A DNA stretch of 52,387 nucleotides. Origin: a bacterium. Lineage in GTDB: Bacteria; Patescibacteriota; Saccharimonadia; Saccharimonadales; DATKHC01. Each line of letters opens with the position of its first letter. Position 1 is the first letter of the stretch. The notes below the pieces were generated by a model that was not told the DNA's origin, did no database searches, and was given only the letters and a program-made list of their open reading frames with translations. Both the position numbers and the translations under genes were made by a program. The stretch covers positions 1 to 52,387 of the forward strand of contig JAJXXC010000007.1 in the NCBI GenBank assembly GCA_021781215.1, read 5' to 3'. Of the stretch, positions 10,272-19,850 are shown piece by piece.

Positions 10272-11384
10272 TTACATAGAGCTAATTATTTTGGCGATTA
10301 TTGGTTGGCTTAATCCCGTTTGGTCAGTGAGCACGTAAATCATTCCGGCGTTAATCCAAACGTACTGACCTGAAAAATAATAAACACTAGTGCCGTTAGC
10401 CAGAAAAGTTTGGTAATTACTCTGAACAGTTGGAGTAATGTTGGTTGCAATTAAACCAGCATCATCAAGAGTAGTGTTGGCCTCTTGTATATATAGATAA
10501 GTGTTTAAATCACTATGAGCTGGATGATATTCAAAACTGATGGATTTGGTTTGTCCATTATCTACGTAGTTAAATTTATTCATTTTGTATCCAAGGGGTA
10601 CATATTTTGGGAAGCTACCATTGATACCGGTTTTGAAATTAGCATAGCTAAGTTCTAGGTCGTACTTAAAGTAATTGCCCGTAAGACCAACAATGACAAT
10701 AATTAATAAGGCAATGATTGAGAAATATATGATTTTTGGATTTAAACGGAATCTTTTAGTTTCCCCTTTTTTAGTAGGAATAGGAACAGACTTTGGATTC
10801 GATATTTGTTCAGCAGCGGATTGATATAACTTGTAATCCTCGCCCGACTCTAGCTTATTAATATTTCGTTCATGAATTGACGTGGAAATTGGCGGCTCAA
10901 TAGATAGATTACTAACGGCTCTAGACGCTTTGTTTTTTAGGATCTGTGCCCCAGAAGTCAGTGAACCTCTAAATGAGCTGGAATCTGTCGTTGGATTAAC
11001 CAAAGGGTTGCTGCGGCTAACATAGTTAGATTTTTTAATATTTTGGATTGAAGACCTAGCTGATAAATCAGGTTTTTTTAAGGGTCTTCGCATCAAGGTT
11101 TTGGATCTAAGGAGTTCTCGCTTAATATCTGCAGCTTTGGTGTGATTTGGTTTTTTAATTTGCTGTCCACCCGGCTTTTTAGGAATTAATTGGGATTGTC
11201 GATTGGCGGCTACCGCAAAATCATTTATAAAATGGGGCTTTTTAGCTTGAACTTTTTGGATTAATTGTTCAGTTTTAGCTGGGACTTGAGCAAGAATCTC
11301 TTGTACGCCTTTAGATAGAGGCTTACCTGTTAGGGCATCATATTGCTTGCCGTTGAGAGTAATAATCTTTGATTTTCGCACCAT
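10272..11384 (-). CDS. bitopic membrane protein with basic N-terminal region and DUF4367-like C-terminal domain
   Basis: One TM helix (~aa 218-236); C-terminal PKYVPLGY ... YVWINAGMIYVL ... IIAKIISSM resembles DUF4367. Confidence 0.65.
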   Translation of the reverse strand: MVRKSKIITLNGKQYDALTGKPLSKGVQEILAQVPAKTEQLIQKVQAKKPHFINDFAVAANRQSQLIPKKPGGQQIKKPNHTKAADIKRELLRSKTLMRRPLKKPDLSARSSIQNIKKSNYVSRSNPLVNPTTDSSSFRGSLTSGAQILKNKASRAVSNLSIEPPISTSIHERNINKLESGEDYKLYQSAAEQISNPKSVPIPTKKGETKRFRLNPKIIYFSIIALLIIVIVGLTGNYFKYDLELSYANFKTGINGSFPKYVPLGYKMNKFNYVDNGQTKSISFEYHPAHSDLNTYLYIQEANTTLDDAGLIATNITPTVQSNYQTFLANGTSVYYFSGQYVWINAGMIYVLTDQTGLSQPIIAKIISSM

Positions 11385-11526
11385 TAACCTGATTCTAATA
11401 AGTTTCTATTTATTTCTCTAGTTTAGTAGTTATGGTTACTTATATCAATACGAGACTGAACAAAGCGAAAATTATAAAATGGAATTAAGCCACGGCTAGT
11501 TTATAATAATAGCTAGTAATATTAAT

Positions 11527-12999
11527 ATGGATTTTTTAGACCCTAGCAATAAACGATCTTACAACACCAGGCTTTTCATTGGCTTTTTTTTGAGCGCTTT
11601 AGTGATTATCTTAGGAACCTTAATCCTATCTCTTATCACCGCCGGCTACACTATTAACACCAAGACCGGTCAAGTTATTCAGAATGGTTTAATTTTTCTT
11701 AATTCATCACCAGCCTCAGCGACCGTCTATATTAACCATCAAGTCAGTGGAACTACTAACACTAGGCTTGAGCTTGGAGCCGCCAATTACAATATTAGTT
11801 TATACGCTCCGGGATATAACACCTGGACAACAAACGTGTCACTCTTAGGCGGTAATGTAGAAGATTTAACCTATCCGCTGTTGGTACCGATTAAGCCAGT
11901 GATATCATCAATCGCTGAGTATCCAACTAAACCTGCGGTATTTTCTCAAACCCCAAGCAAGCATTGGTTACTGGTATCAGACCCAACTCTTGCAAATAGT
12001 TTTAAAGTCTATGACCAAACTAATACTAAGACTGCAGTTACAACTACTACTATTCCATCTGGTCTGCTCGTTAGTACGGCCGGACCAAATGTTTTTTCAG
12101 TTGTTCAATGGGCATCGGATAATCAGCACGTATTACTTCAAGATGAATATAATGGGGCTATCAATTTCATAGTTTTCAATTATCTAACGCCAACAGACAG
12201 CTATAATTTAAATCAAACTTTCTCGGTTAGTTTTACCAGCGCTAAGTTGCTTAATTCGCAATACAATACACCCCTGTTGTTTAATGAGCCATCGGGCGAT
12301 CTATACCGAGGGGATCAGAGCACTAAACAAACAACGTTGATTTTAACCAAAGTTATTAACTATGCCTATTACGGTACTAATAAATTTATTTATGCAACTA
12401 ACGATAGCGCGAGTGGTACTTTAAGCTCGATTATGTTTAGCAATCTTAGCGATAAACCCTATCTAGTTAAGAATGTTGCAAAGACCAGTAAGTACATGTT
12501 AAATATCTCGTCTTATGGTGGAAACTATTATTATCTAATTGGCGGCGGCGGAATATATGATTATATTTATCAAAATCTAGCTAATAACGCTCAGGGTAAT
12601 CGCCGACTTCCAATACCCTATACCCTGATGGTTAATAATGTCCAGCCACAAAATGTACTAAATTCGGCGGGACAAAGATATATTTCTCTGCAGTCAGGTA
12701 ATAATTTTTCAGTTTATGATATTCAGACCCAAGAGCATTATCGATACGTGCTGGGAGTCAATCTTAATACTCCAAATTTTGCATCATGGATGGACGATAA
12801 TCGATTTATCTCATTTAGTGGTGGCAAAATGATAATATTCGACTTCGATGGAACTAATATATCCAATATTGCTACTGCCAATAATTCATTCGATGGTTTA
12901 TTTACTCCAGGTTATACTGCGGTCTATTATTTGAACTATGATTTGACTAATAATAGCTGGGTTGTTGATAGAGCTGGCATGATAGCTGGCCAGCCTTAA
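11527..12999 (+). CDS. PEGA domain-containing membrane-anchored protein
   Basis: N-terminal TM, then GLIFLNSSPASATVYIN ... YNISLYAPGYNTW (PEGA) and a beta-propeller-like remainder. Confidence 0.8.
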   Translation: MDFLDPSNKRSYNTRLFIGFFLSALVIILGTLILSLITAGYTINTKTGQVIQNGLIFLNSSPASATVYINHQVSGTTNTRLELGAANYNISLYAPGYNTWTTNVSLLGGNVEDLTYPLLVPIKPVISSIAEYPTKPAVFSQTPSKHWLLVSDPTLANSFKVYDQTNTKTAVTTTTIPSGLLVSTAGPNVFSVVQWASDNQHVLLQDEYNGAINFIVFNYLTPTDSYNLNQTFSVSFTSAKLLNSQYNTPLLFNEPSGDLYRGDQSTKQTTLILTKVINYAYYGTNKFIYATNDSASGTLSSIMFSNLSDKPYLVKNVAKTSKYMLNISSYGGNYYYLIGGGGIYDYIYQNLANNAQGNRRLPIPYTLMVNNVQPQNVLNSAGQRYISLQSGNNFSVYDIQTQEHYRYVLGVNLNTPNFASWMDDNRFISFSGGKMIIFDFDGTNISNIATANNSFDGLFTPGYTAVYYLNYDLTNNSWVVDRAGMIAGQP

Positions 13000-14156
13000 A
13001 AGAAACTAGTTATTCTACTCCATAGGGACGGAGATTCGCTTGGCAGAGTTTGGGGTAGATTACTAATACTAATTGGTGAGCTGGGGGTATTGTTGCTTGC
13101 GCTTGGGTTAATTTGGTCGGCTTGAATAATTAGCCTATTGGTACTAAGTCCAGGTGGGTCACAAGTTATAAGAGTAAAAGTTGCTAGATGTCCAGCAATT
13201 GGCTCAATCACCGACACGTCAGTCGGTGGTACCACAAATTTATTGAAGATCTGGTAAGTATAGGATTTACTTTGATAATTAATACTAAAAGTATCACCAA
13301 CCTGTAGATAATGCAGTAGTGAAAAGGCAAATTTATATAATCCTGGGTTAAAAATATTTCCAGCCGAATGACCAAAAATTACTCCGTTACCATCCTGGCC
13401 CGGATAGGCGGTAGTTGCGTAGTGGACGACACCGTGCTCGAGCCCAACTTCAATTGCTGCATCATTGATAGTTGGCACGGTATAAACTACCGGAATCTCG
13501 ACATTAATTTTAGGAATGATAATGACTGGGTCGGGGCTAACATTGACATTGCCATTGTTGACGATGATTGACTGAACGCTTAGGTTTTTAGATGGTGTAA
13601 TAAATGGCGCAATAAATTGTTCATTAAAGAACCCAAACAAAACAATGACTATAGACAGAATGCCAATACTTGAACCAAAGACTAAAGATCTAATCAGGTG
13701 ACTTTTCTTAGTTAATGGTTTTTTGGGACGCTTATACTTCTTAAATCTTTGCGGGCCATCCTCAGATCTAATTAATGTTTTAAATTGAGCCGGATAGTCG
13801 ATTTTATGGCCATCAATAGTATTGGTTTCATAAAATTCCTTCCAGACTTCCCTTTTTTGAGTATCATTTAAACCAAGATAATAATTGTGCCATTCGGTTT
13901 GAATTTCGGAGACTAATTTTCCTGAATTAAGCAGTCTATCCCTATAGACCTGGTGAGTTGAAAGAGCTTTTTTGGGTGCTATAGTTACAGGCCCAGGATG
14001 GTCTAATATCGACTTGGGCTTATATGGCTGTTCTACTGGAGCGGTTTTTATTGGTTCAGTTTTGGCATACAGCCGGTCTAATTTTTGTCGGATTAGATCA
14101 ATCGCTGCTGCATCTTGGTCACCGGTTGAATTATTGCCTGAGTTATCATTATTCAT
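12996..14156 (-). CDS. sortase family protein
   Basis: TM helix, then IIIPKINVEIPV, GVVHY, FGHS (catalytic His), TLITCDPPG (catalytic Cys) and NRL (Arg). Confidence 0.92.
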   Translation of the reverse strand: MNNDNSGNNSTGDQDAAAIDLIRQKLDRLYAKTEPIKTAPVEQPYKPKSILDHPGPVTIAPKKALSTHQVYRDRLLNSGKLVSEIQTEWHNYYLGLNDTQKREVWKEFYETNTIDGHKIDYPAQFKTLIRSEDGPQRFKKYKRPKKPLTKKSHLIRSLVFGSSIGILSIVIVLFGFFNEQFIAPFITPSKNLSVQSIIVNNGNVNVSPDPVIIIPKINVEIPVVYTVPTINDAAIEVGLEHGVVHYATTAYPGQDGNGVIFGHSAGNIFNPGLYKFAFSLLHYLQVGDTFSINYQSKSYTYQIFNKFVVPPTDVSVIEPIAGHLATFTLITCDPPGLSTNRLIIQADQINPSASNNTPSSPISISNLPQTLPSESPSLWSRITSFF

Positions 14157-14245
14157 ATCTTTTTCAGAGTAGATTTAACAGATATAATTATAGTACAATA
14201 TAAGTTGTCTACCTACCTTTTGAGTATTTATATAGGTTAACATCT

Positions 14246-14332
14246 GCCGCGGTGGCGGAATTGGTAGACGCGCGGGACTCAAAATCCCGTAAAGGCAACT
14301 TTGTGAGAGTTCGATTCTCTCCCGCGGCACCA
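14246..14332 (+). tRNA. tRNA-Leu(CAA)
   Basis: GCCGCGG acceptor stem, anticodon arm CGGGA-CT-CAA-AA-TCCCG, long variable arm, GTTCGATTC T-loop, encoded CCA. Confidence 0.97.
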
Positions 14333-14364
14333 TTTTTGATTTAGATTTAAGCAGTAAGTTTGGT

Positions 14365-15048
14365 TTATATATCTAATACTTTTCGAATCTCTAACTGGAT
14401 ATCGTTTATTGTTCTCATCTGACCATTCCGGTCAACACATTGTATTGGAATAAACTCCTCAGGATATAATCTACACAGTTCCTCATAGTTAGACTTAGCC
14501 CTATCAAGATGTGATGAATTAGCTTCGTGTATATCTCGAGTTAATGTAGTATAGCCTCTCGTACCTTTTTTATCTACATTTGATTGGGCTATATTTATAG
14601 GAAGTAACAGGACTATATTTTTACCTGGTCTCGGTATGCCTAATATTTCATATTCGGCACGCATTGTTCTTTCATAAAATTCATGTCTTGCTTTTTGATC
14701 TGCAATTTTTGTACCCTGATGGGCAAGATTCGATGCTACGTATCTATCGGTAATAACTACACTGCTTGGAAGTAGTAGCTGTGCCTCTATAATCGGTTTT
14801 GCAGCAAATCTATCAATTGCAAATGGCAGTGCACCAAGATCTGCGGGTACATCATCGGCTGAGCCGTATTCTCCGTTAAGATATTTTTCAATATAAATAG
14901 CTGAAGGCTTACCATATTGAGGAAAACTTAATTTTAATACTGATCTTCCTCGTTCATTTACTAAAAATTTATACAATAGTTCAGTATGAGTAGCTTTTCC
15001 AGAACCATCTACTCCTTCAATCGCAATAAAATTTTCAGTCTCTGACAT
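14365..15048 (-). CDS. tmk: thymidylate kinase
   Basis: FIAIEGVDGSGKAT P-loop and DRYVASN. Start moved from 15072 to the ATG at 15048, which has AGGAG upstream. Confidence 0.9.
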   Translation of the reverse strand: MSETENFIAIEGVDGSGKATHTELLYKFLVNERGRSVLKLSFPQYGKPSAIYIEKYLNGEYGSADDVPADLGALPFAIDRFAAKPIIEAQLLLPSSVVITDRYVASNLAHQGTKIADQKARHEFYERTMRAEYEILGIPRPGKNIVLLLPINIAQSNVDKKGTRGYTTLTRDIHEANSSHLDRAKSNYEELCRLYPEEFIPIQCVDRNGQMRTINDIQLEIRKVLDI

Positions 15049-15127
15049 ACGTCTCCTAAATATACTGACCATCCCTACAGACTAAATTTTATCACTTTTT
15101 GAATAAAATTTAGTTCTAGATATAATT

Positions 15128-15919
15128 CTATTGAAAACTTATAGCCGCACAGCTCATAGCATCAAATTGGTTATTTGGATTTTGTATTACCCAAACTGCA
15201 ATGTGATAGGTCAGTGGATTAATTTTCTGGTGCTCTGCCGACTCGATTTTAGTAGTTGCTACCTTACCGCCCTTGGCTATTAGTACGTAACCTTGATGAA
15301 TCGTGGCAATGGCCAATTTATTTATGGCAGTAAAGCCTTGGAGCACTTCAACCAAATTCTTTAAAGCAATTCCTGAAGTAATTGCCTGATCAGATTTTAG
15401 TTTTGTTAATAATTTTTGAATCTTATCTAGAGATCCAACAAATACTATGTTGTCTCGATTGATAAAATCAGCATCAAAATGTAGTACCGTATCAATGTTC
15501 TCATCAGCAACTATAATTGGCTTATTGATGCTCGAGACTAATTTTTCTATAACTATCAAAGTCTCTGAGTTATTACTAAGCTCGCCAGGAAAAAATACCC
15601 CATCGTTTAAGTTTGCGAATTCAAGCATATCCGCGAATGAATCAGAGCTAAAACTACCACTATCGGTATTGGGGCAATAGATCACATCCTCGGATATATG
15701 ACCTAGTAATTTTTGGACAGATTTTGGTAGCAGAATAGTTACCTGACCGATGCCGGCAGATTGAAGCCGTTCATAACTACTAACGGTTTTAGAAAAGCCA
15801 TGAAAGCTACCACCAATAACTAAGACTCGCCCAGAATGTTGTTTATTTTCTGGTCTACTCCAAAGTAGTCGATCATATAGTGGAGTATCAATAGTCTGTT
15901 TTAGCCAGTTATCATTCAT
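15128..15919 (-). CDS. YjeF-C / NnrD-like carbohydrate-kinase-fold protein (divergent)
   Basis: SRPENKQHSGRVLVIGGS, AGIGQV and PIIVAD resemble NnrD. The C-terminal G[ST]GD motif is not visible. Confidence 0.7.
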   Translation of the reverse strand: MNDNWLKQTIDTPLYDRLLWSRPENKQHSGRVLVIGGSFHGFSKTVSSYERLQSAGIGQVTILLPKSVQKLLGHISEDVIYCPNTDSGSFSSDSFADMLEFANLNDGVFFPGELSNNSETLIVIEKLVSSINKPIIVADENIDTVLHFDADFINRDNIVFVGSLDKIQKLLTKLKSDQAITSGIALKNLVEVLQGFTAINKLAIATIHQGYVLIAKGGKVATTKIESAEHQKINPLTYHIAVWVIQNPNNQFDAMSCAAISFQ

Positions 15920-16719
15920 AGGTCCACCGTTATACTGACTGGGCAGTGATCGGAGCCAATAATGTCCGGGTGAATATCAGCGGCTAAAACTTTAGATTTT
16001 AAGACTTTTGAAATTAGGAAATAATCGATTCTCCAACCAACATTGCGAGCCCTCGAGTTTGCCCAATAACTCCACCAACTGTAATAGCCATTTCCTTGTT
16101 TGAATAATCTAAAGCTGTCGATATACCCTGCACTTAGGAAGTTATCAAAACCTTGTCGCTCCTCTTTAGTAAAGCCTTTTTTACCTTCATTAGGTTTAGG
16201 GTTTGCCAGATCATCCTCAGTATGGGCAACATTGAGATCACCACAAAAGATAACTGGTTTTATTTTCTCAAGACTCAGGCAATGCGCGAGAAAGGCTTTA
16301 TCCCAATGGTTGTATCTCAAATCTAGTCTACTTAAATCATCCTTAGCATTTGGAGTGTAGACAGTAACTAAGAAAAATTTATCGAACTCAGCAGATATCA
16401 CCCTGCCCTCGTCATTTGAATCTCGATCAGCTAAATCAGTTAATTGAAATTGTTTATTAATTTGATCACTAAAATCATAGCTAACAGATATTGGCTTAAT
16501 TTTGGTAAATATTGCGGTTCCAGAGTAGCCTTTTTTAGTAGCTGAATTCCAAAATTCCTCATAACCCGGCAGAGCCAAATCGGTTTGATCCCTGTTGGCT
16601 TTAGTCTCTTGAAAGCAAATAATATCTGGCTGTTCCCTATCAATAAATGGTAGTAGCAGATTTTTGCTCCATACCGCCCTAATGCCATTCACATTCCAGG
16701 AATAAATCTTTAAACTCAT
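15916..16719 (-). CDS. xth: exodeoxyribonuclease III / AP endonuclease
   Basis: SWNVNGIRA, FQETK, GYSGTA, EGRVI, GDLNVAH, GWRIDY and GSDHCP. Confidence 0.97.
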   Translation of the reverse strand: MSLKIYSWNVNGIRAVWSKNLLLPFIDREQPDIICFQETKANRDQTDLALPGYEEFWNSATKKGYSGTAIFTKIKPISVSYDFSDQINKQFQLTDLADRDSNDEGRVISAEFDKFFLVTVYTPNAKDDLSRLDLRYNHWDKAFLAHCLSLEKIKPVIFCGDLNVAHTEDDLANPKPNEGKKGFTKEERQGFDNFLSAGYIDSFRLFKQGNGYYSWWSYWANSRARNVGWRIDYFLISKVLKSKVLAADIHPDIIGSDHCPVSITVDL

Positions 16720-16830
16720 AATCTACTAGAATTATCTCACACTAGTCTAAAAAGAGGATATAACACTTATTTTGTGTAAAATAGTGATTAATACGATTTA
16801 ATAAAATAGCCGTGTATAATGGGAGGAAAA

Positions 16831-17775
16831 ATGAAAGAAAAAATATTATCTAAACGTCCGGTAACCTTTACACGTGCAATATTACTGGTTGCCGTATTAG
16901 TAGGAATATATTATTTTCTACCTCAATTAAAAGCCTTTAGCCATACCTTTGCAGTTCTAGAGCACTCTTCTTGGCTCTGGTTATTTGTTGGATTAGTCGT
17001 CGCTGCATTATCTTTTTTAGCAGCAGCCTTTACTCAATATGCCGCCGGCAATTACACTGGTAAGTTATCGGATATTGTTTTGCTCCAATTTGCCGGATCA
17101 TTTGTAAACCACTTCCTGCCTTTTAATATTGGGGGGGTTAATTTAACTACTCGCTATTATAATAAACATGGTAAGTCGCATGCACAGGCGATGGTGATGT
17201 CGACTATCCCGGTAGTTTTTGGGATCATTACTACGGTTCTGATGGTAGCAATTATTTCACCAATTACCCTAGTAGATTATTTTAACCAAGTACATTCAAT
17301 TCATCTTAGCGGCTGGTTATTAGTGTTAACTATAATTGCTCTAATTATCTTAGTTATTGTGGGCTTTATTTATCGTGGCAAAGTAAGGATCTTTATATTA
17401 GAGGCGCTAGAGGGCCTTAAGAGTATTCATGGTCTTAAACAACTAACGTCATTATTAATCGGTTCGTTGGCTATTACTTTAACTTCAACAGTTATATTGT
17501 TTGCATCAATGAAAGCAATTCATACTACAGCGCCCTTAGTGGCTATTTTTGCATTATATGTGACTTCCTCACTAATAAGTAACATCGCTCCTACGCCAGG
17601 TGGCATTGGTGCCATTGAAGCAGTACTGGTTATTGGTTTAGTGGCTATGAACCTTAGCCTATCTCAAGCAGCTGCAATTACAATAACTTATCGGTTTCTG
17701 ACCTTCTGGTTACCTATTCTTCCAGGTGGCCTAGCGCTGCATAGAGTTAATAAATATAAAATAGCCGGCGCTTAG
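16831..17775 (+). CDS. lysylphosphatidylglycerol-synthase TM domain (flippase-like, YbhN/UPF0104) protein
   Basis: Multiple TM helices, [20 protein letters not shown] and [14 protein letters not shown] upstream favours the ATG at 16831. Confidence 0.88.
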   Translation: MKEKILSKRPVTFTRAILLVAVLVGIYYFLPQLKAFSHTFAVLEHSSWLWLFVGLVVAALSFLAAAFTQYAAGNYTGKLSDIVLLQFAGSFVNHFLPFNIGGVNLTTRYYNKHGKSHAQAMVMSTIPVVFGIITTVLMVAIISPITLVDYFNQVHSIHLSGWLLVLTIIALIILVIVGFIYRGKVRIFILEALEGLKSIHGLKQLTSLLIGSLAITLTSTVILFASMKAIHTTAPLVAIFALYVTSSLISNIAPTPGGIGAIEAVLVIGLVAMNLSLSQAAAITITYRFLTFWLPILPGGLALHRVNKYKIAGA

Positions 17776-17784
17776 CAATTATAC

Positions 17785-17874
17785 TGGCGGAAGAGGCGGG
17801 ATTCGAACCCGCGATACAGTTGCCCGTATACACGCTTTCCAAGCGTGCTCCTTAAACCACTCGGACACCCTTCC
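17785..17874 (-). tRNA. tRNA-Ser(GGA)
   Basis: Reverse complement reads GGAAGGGTGTCCGAGTGGTTTAAGGAGCACGC-TT-GGA-AA-GCGTG, long variable arm, GGTTCGAATCCCGCCTCTTCCGCCA. Confidence 0.97.
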
Positions 17875-17966
17875 CTGATTTTTAATGCTGTGCAATAATT
17901 AGTATACTTAATTTTCGGTCTATACAGAACATAGATTAAAAGTTAGAATAAGTTAGTTGAAAATAT

Positions 17967-18041
17967 TCCGGAGTAGCTCAATGGTGGAGCAAGAAGCTGT
18001 TAACTTCGAGGTTGTCGGTTCGAATCCGACCTCCGGAGCCA
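17967..18041 (+). tRNA. tRNA-Asn(GTT)
   Basis: TCCGGAG acceptor stem, anticodon loop CT-GTT-AA, T arm GTCGG-TTCGAAT-CCGAC, G73 and CCA. One mismatch at the top of the anticodon stem. Confidence 0.95.
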
Positions 18042-18110
18042 AGTACTACATCAAAGGCGACCTGAACGCCTAAATAACAGAGTTAATTTGAAGCTAAAAA
18101 AAATTTCATG

Positions 18111-18138
18111 AAACTGTCAAATAAGTAGACAGTTTTTT
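18111..18138 (+). terminator. intrinsic terminator-like hairpin after tRNA-Asn
   Basis: AAACTGTC-(9 nt)-GACAGTTT followed by more T. Confidence 0.55.
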
Positions 18139-18166
18139 GATTTCATAAGTACCCAAGGAGTTACTG

Positions 18167-18181
18167 GGTTCGAGTCCGACC
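18167..18181 (+). repeat. tRNA-Asn T-arm fragment copy 1 (att-like)
   Basis: GGTTCGAGTCCGACC matches tRNA 18017-18031 GGTTCGAATCCGACC at 14/15. Confidence 0.65.
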
Positions 18182-18258
18182 AGATTCCTAGACCGAAAAA
18201 CCGATTTAACAGTGGTGAATTCCCAAGAAATTCTGCTGTTTTGTGCTATAATATAGAT

Positions 18259-18810
18259 ATGAAAAACATTGATGAAATAAGCAAACAGCGAGCTATAAAA
18301 CTTTTTGGTAGCCCAGACTTATCGTCATTCGAGGTTGGTACAACAAAGGGCTTGCAGCAAATTCATGAATATCTTTTTGGTGGTCTCTATGACTTTTCTG
18401 GAAAAATCCGCTCCAAAAACATTAGCAAAGGTGGGTTCACTTTTGCATCTGCCATTTATTTGAAAAGTGGTCTATCTGAAATAGAAAAAATGCCCGAGAG
18501 AACTTTTGAAGATATCGTTAAAAAGTATGTCGAGATGAACATTGCACACCCATTCATGGAAGGCAATGGTCGCAGTACCCGCATTTGGCTGGATTTAATG
18601 CTAAAGAGAAATATAAAACAATGCGTGGATTGGCGAAAGATTGACAAGAATGACTATTTTAATGCTATGGAGCGCAGCCCAGTAAACGATCTTGAATTAC
18701 GCGAACTCATTCGCACCGCATTAACTAATAAGATAGATGATCGGGAAGTATTCATGAAAGGTATAGAACAATCGTATTATTATGAAGAACCAGACGATTA
18801 TAAGGGATAG
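18259..18810 (+). CDS. fic: Fic protein adenylyltransferase (class III, NmFic-like)
   Basis: Canonical [12 protein letters not shown] motif; C-terminal inhibitory-type helix GIEQSYYYE. Start at ATG 18259, 6 nt after TGCTATAAT. Confidence 0.93.
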   Translation: MKNIDEISKQRAIKLFGSPDLSSFEVGTTKGLQQIHEYLFGGLYDFSGKIRSKNISKGGFTFASAIYLKSGLSEIEKMPERTFEDIVKKYVEMNIAHPFMEGNGRSTRIWLDLMLKRNIKQCVDWRKIDKNDYFNAMERSPVNDLELRELIRTALTNKIDDREVFMKGIEQSYYYEEPDDYKG

Positions 18811-18812
18811 TG

Positions 18813-19049
18813 ATGAGTACATTTGTCGACAAAGCCATTAATCCTAAGGCTGGGCAAGCTCAAGAGGCTTGGTTTATCGATGATTTTTATGGACAGCACC
18901 GATACGCTGTAGCGTTTAGACGAGACGGTGAAGACGCAGTATTTAGCATTGATAAAATCAATCTTGATGAATATGATGTTTATCCGTTGCATGAAGTTGA
19001 GGCATTAAAAACGGCATCGAACTTGTCAAATAACAGAATTAAGCTATAG
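18813..19049 (+). CDS. small hypothetical protein
   Basis: ORF directly after the fic stop; contains a WFIDDFYGQHRYAVAF segment; no family recognised. Confidence 0.6.
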   Translation: MSTFVDKAINPKAGQAQEAWFIDDFYGQHRYAVAFRRDGEDAVFSIDKINLDEYDVYPLHEVEALKTASNLSNNRIKL

Positions 19050-19086
19050 CAAAACGAACCTAGAATTTAGGTGGTAGAAATGTTTA

Positions 19087-19110
19087 GTTCGAATCCAGTT
19101 TGGGGAGCCA
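19087..19110 (+). repeat. tRNA-Asn 3'-end fragment copy 2 (att-like)
   Basis: GTTCGAATCCAGTTTGGGGAGCCA aligns ungapped to tRNA 18018-18041 at 18/24, including GTTCGAATCC and GGAGCCA. Confidence 0.75.
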
Positions 19111-19208
19111 GGAGCGTATATTTTACAGGTGTCTAGTCAGTATCAGTGTATTAAAGATCAATTTATTTAGTTAACCTGGGATTTTAAAATGTGATGTATA
19201 ATTAAAAT

Positions 19209-19454
19209 ATGAAAAATGACGAATTTACAAAACTTTTTAAATATATGCAGGTTGAATTTAAAAAAGTTAATGATAGGTTAGAGCAAACCTCGACTAAAGA
19301 AGAACTTAACAGGCTGACCAATGCCGTGGATGCTTATGCTAAACAGTCAGAAATATATATGCAGGAAATGCTGGCTCTTGCCCATAAAGTAGATCGTCTC
19401 GAAAGATGGATAATGGAGATTGCTGAAGCTACCGGCGTCAAGCTGGTTGCGTAG
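19209..19454 (+). CDS. small coiled-coil hypothetical protein (81 aa)
   Basis: Heptad-like helical sequence; TATAAT 6 nt before the ATG. Confidence 0.8.
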   Translation: MKNDEFTKLFKYMQVEFKKVNDRLEQTSTKEELNRLTNAVDAYAKQSEIYMQEMLALAHKVDRLERWIMEIAEATGVKLVA

Positions 19455-19472
19455 TTATCAGTTCATCCAGGG

Positions 19473-19496
19473 GTTCTCAACCAGTGCGCTGAGCCG
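19473..19496 (+). repeat. degenerate tRNA 3'-end fragment copy 3
   Basis: GTTCTCAACCAGTGCGCTGAGCCG aligns ungapped at 16/24 to copy 2 and 13/24 to the tRNA; it lies just after the stop of the 81-aa gene. Confidence 0.45.
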
Positions 19497-19589
19497 AGAT
19501 TATATATTTTAACAGTCCATCAACTTAGACATTCACGTTATTGGATTCTATATTTAGTAAGATATAGTAGTCTAGACTATGGCAAAAGA

Positions 19590-19850
19590 CTATTTGGTCT
19601 CAGCATCTTTGTGGTTTCTAATATATGATATGGGAAAAAACATACTACCCATTGCGAAGCCAAGAGTTATGGTGCCTTCTAATGCTATAGGTCCAGCTGC
19701 TGCAGCAATTTTTCTTGTTTTATGCTCAAGTACGGATCTAGCGTGTTTATCAGATAGAATTTGTTCGGCCTCAAAAACGATTAGTTCTGCAGCAGTTTCA
19801 TTGGTTAAAGGTTCTCGGCCTTCAAAAGTTTCTCCATGGTATTTTGCCAT
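19590..19850 (-). CDS. hypothetical protein (86 aa)
   Basis: A TTGCAA-18 nt-TACGCT promoter-like sequence ends 7 nt before the ATG at 19850, which favours this frame over the overlapping + strand ORF. Confidence 0.55.
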   Translation of the reverse strand: MAKYHGETFEGREPLTNETAAELIVFEAEQILSDKHARSVLEHKTRKIAAAAGPIALEGTITLGFAMGSMFFPISYIRNHKDAETK

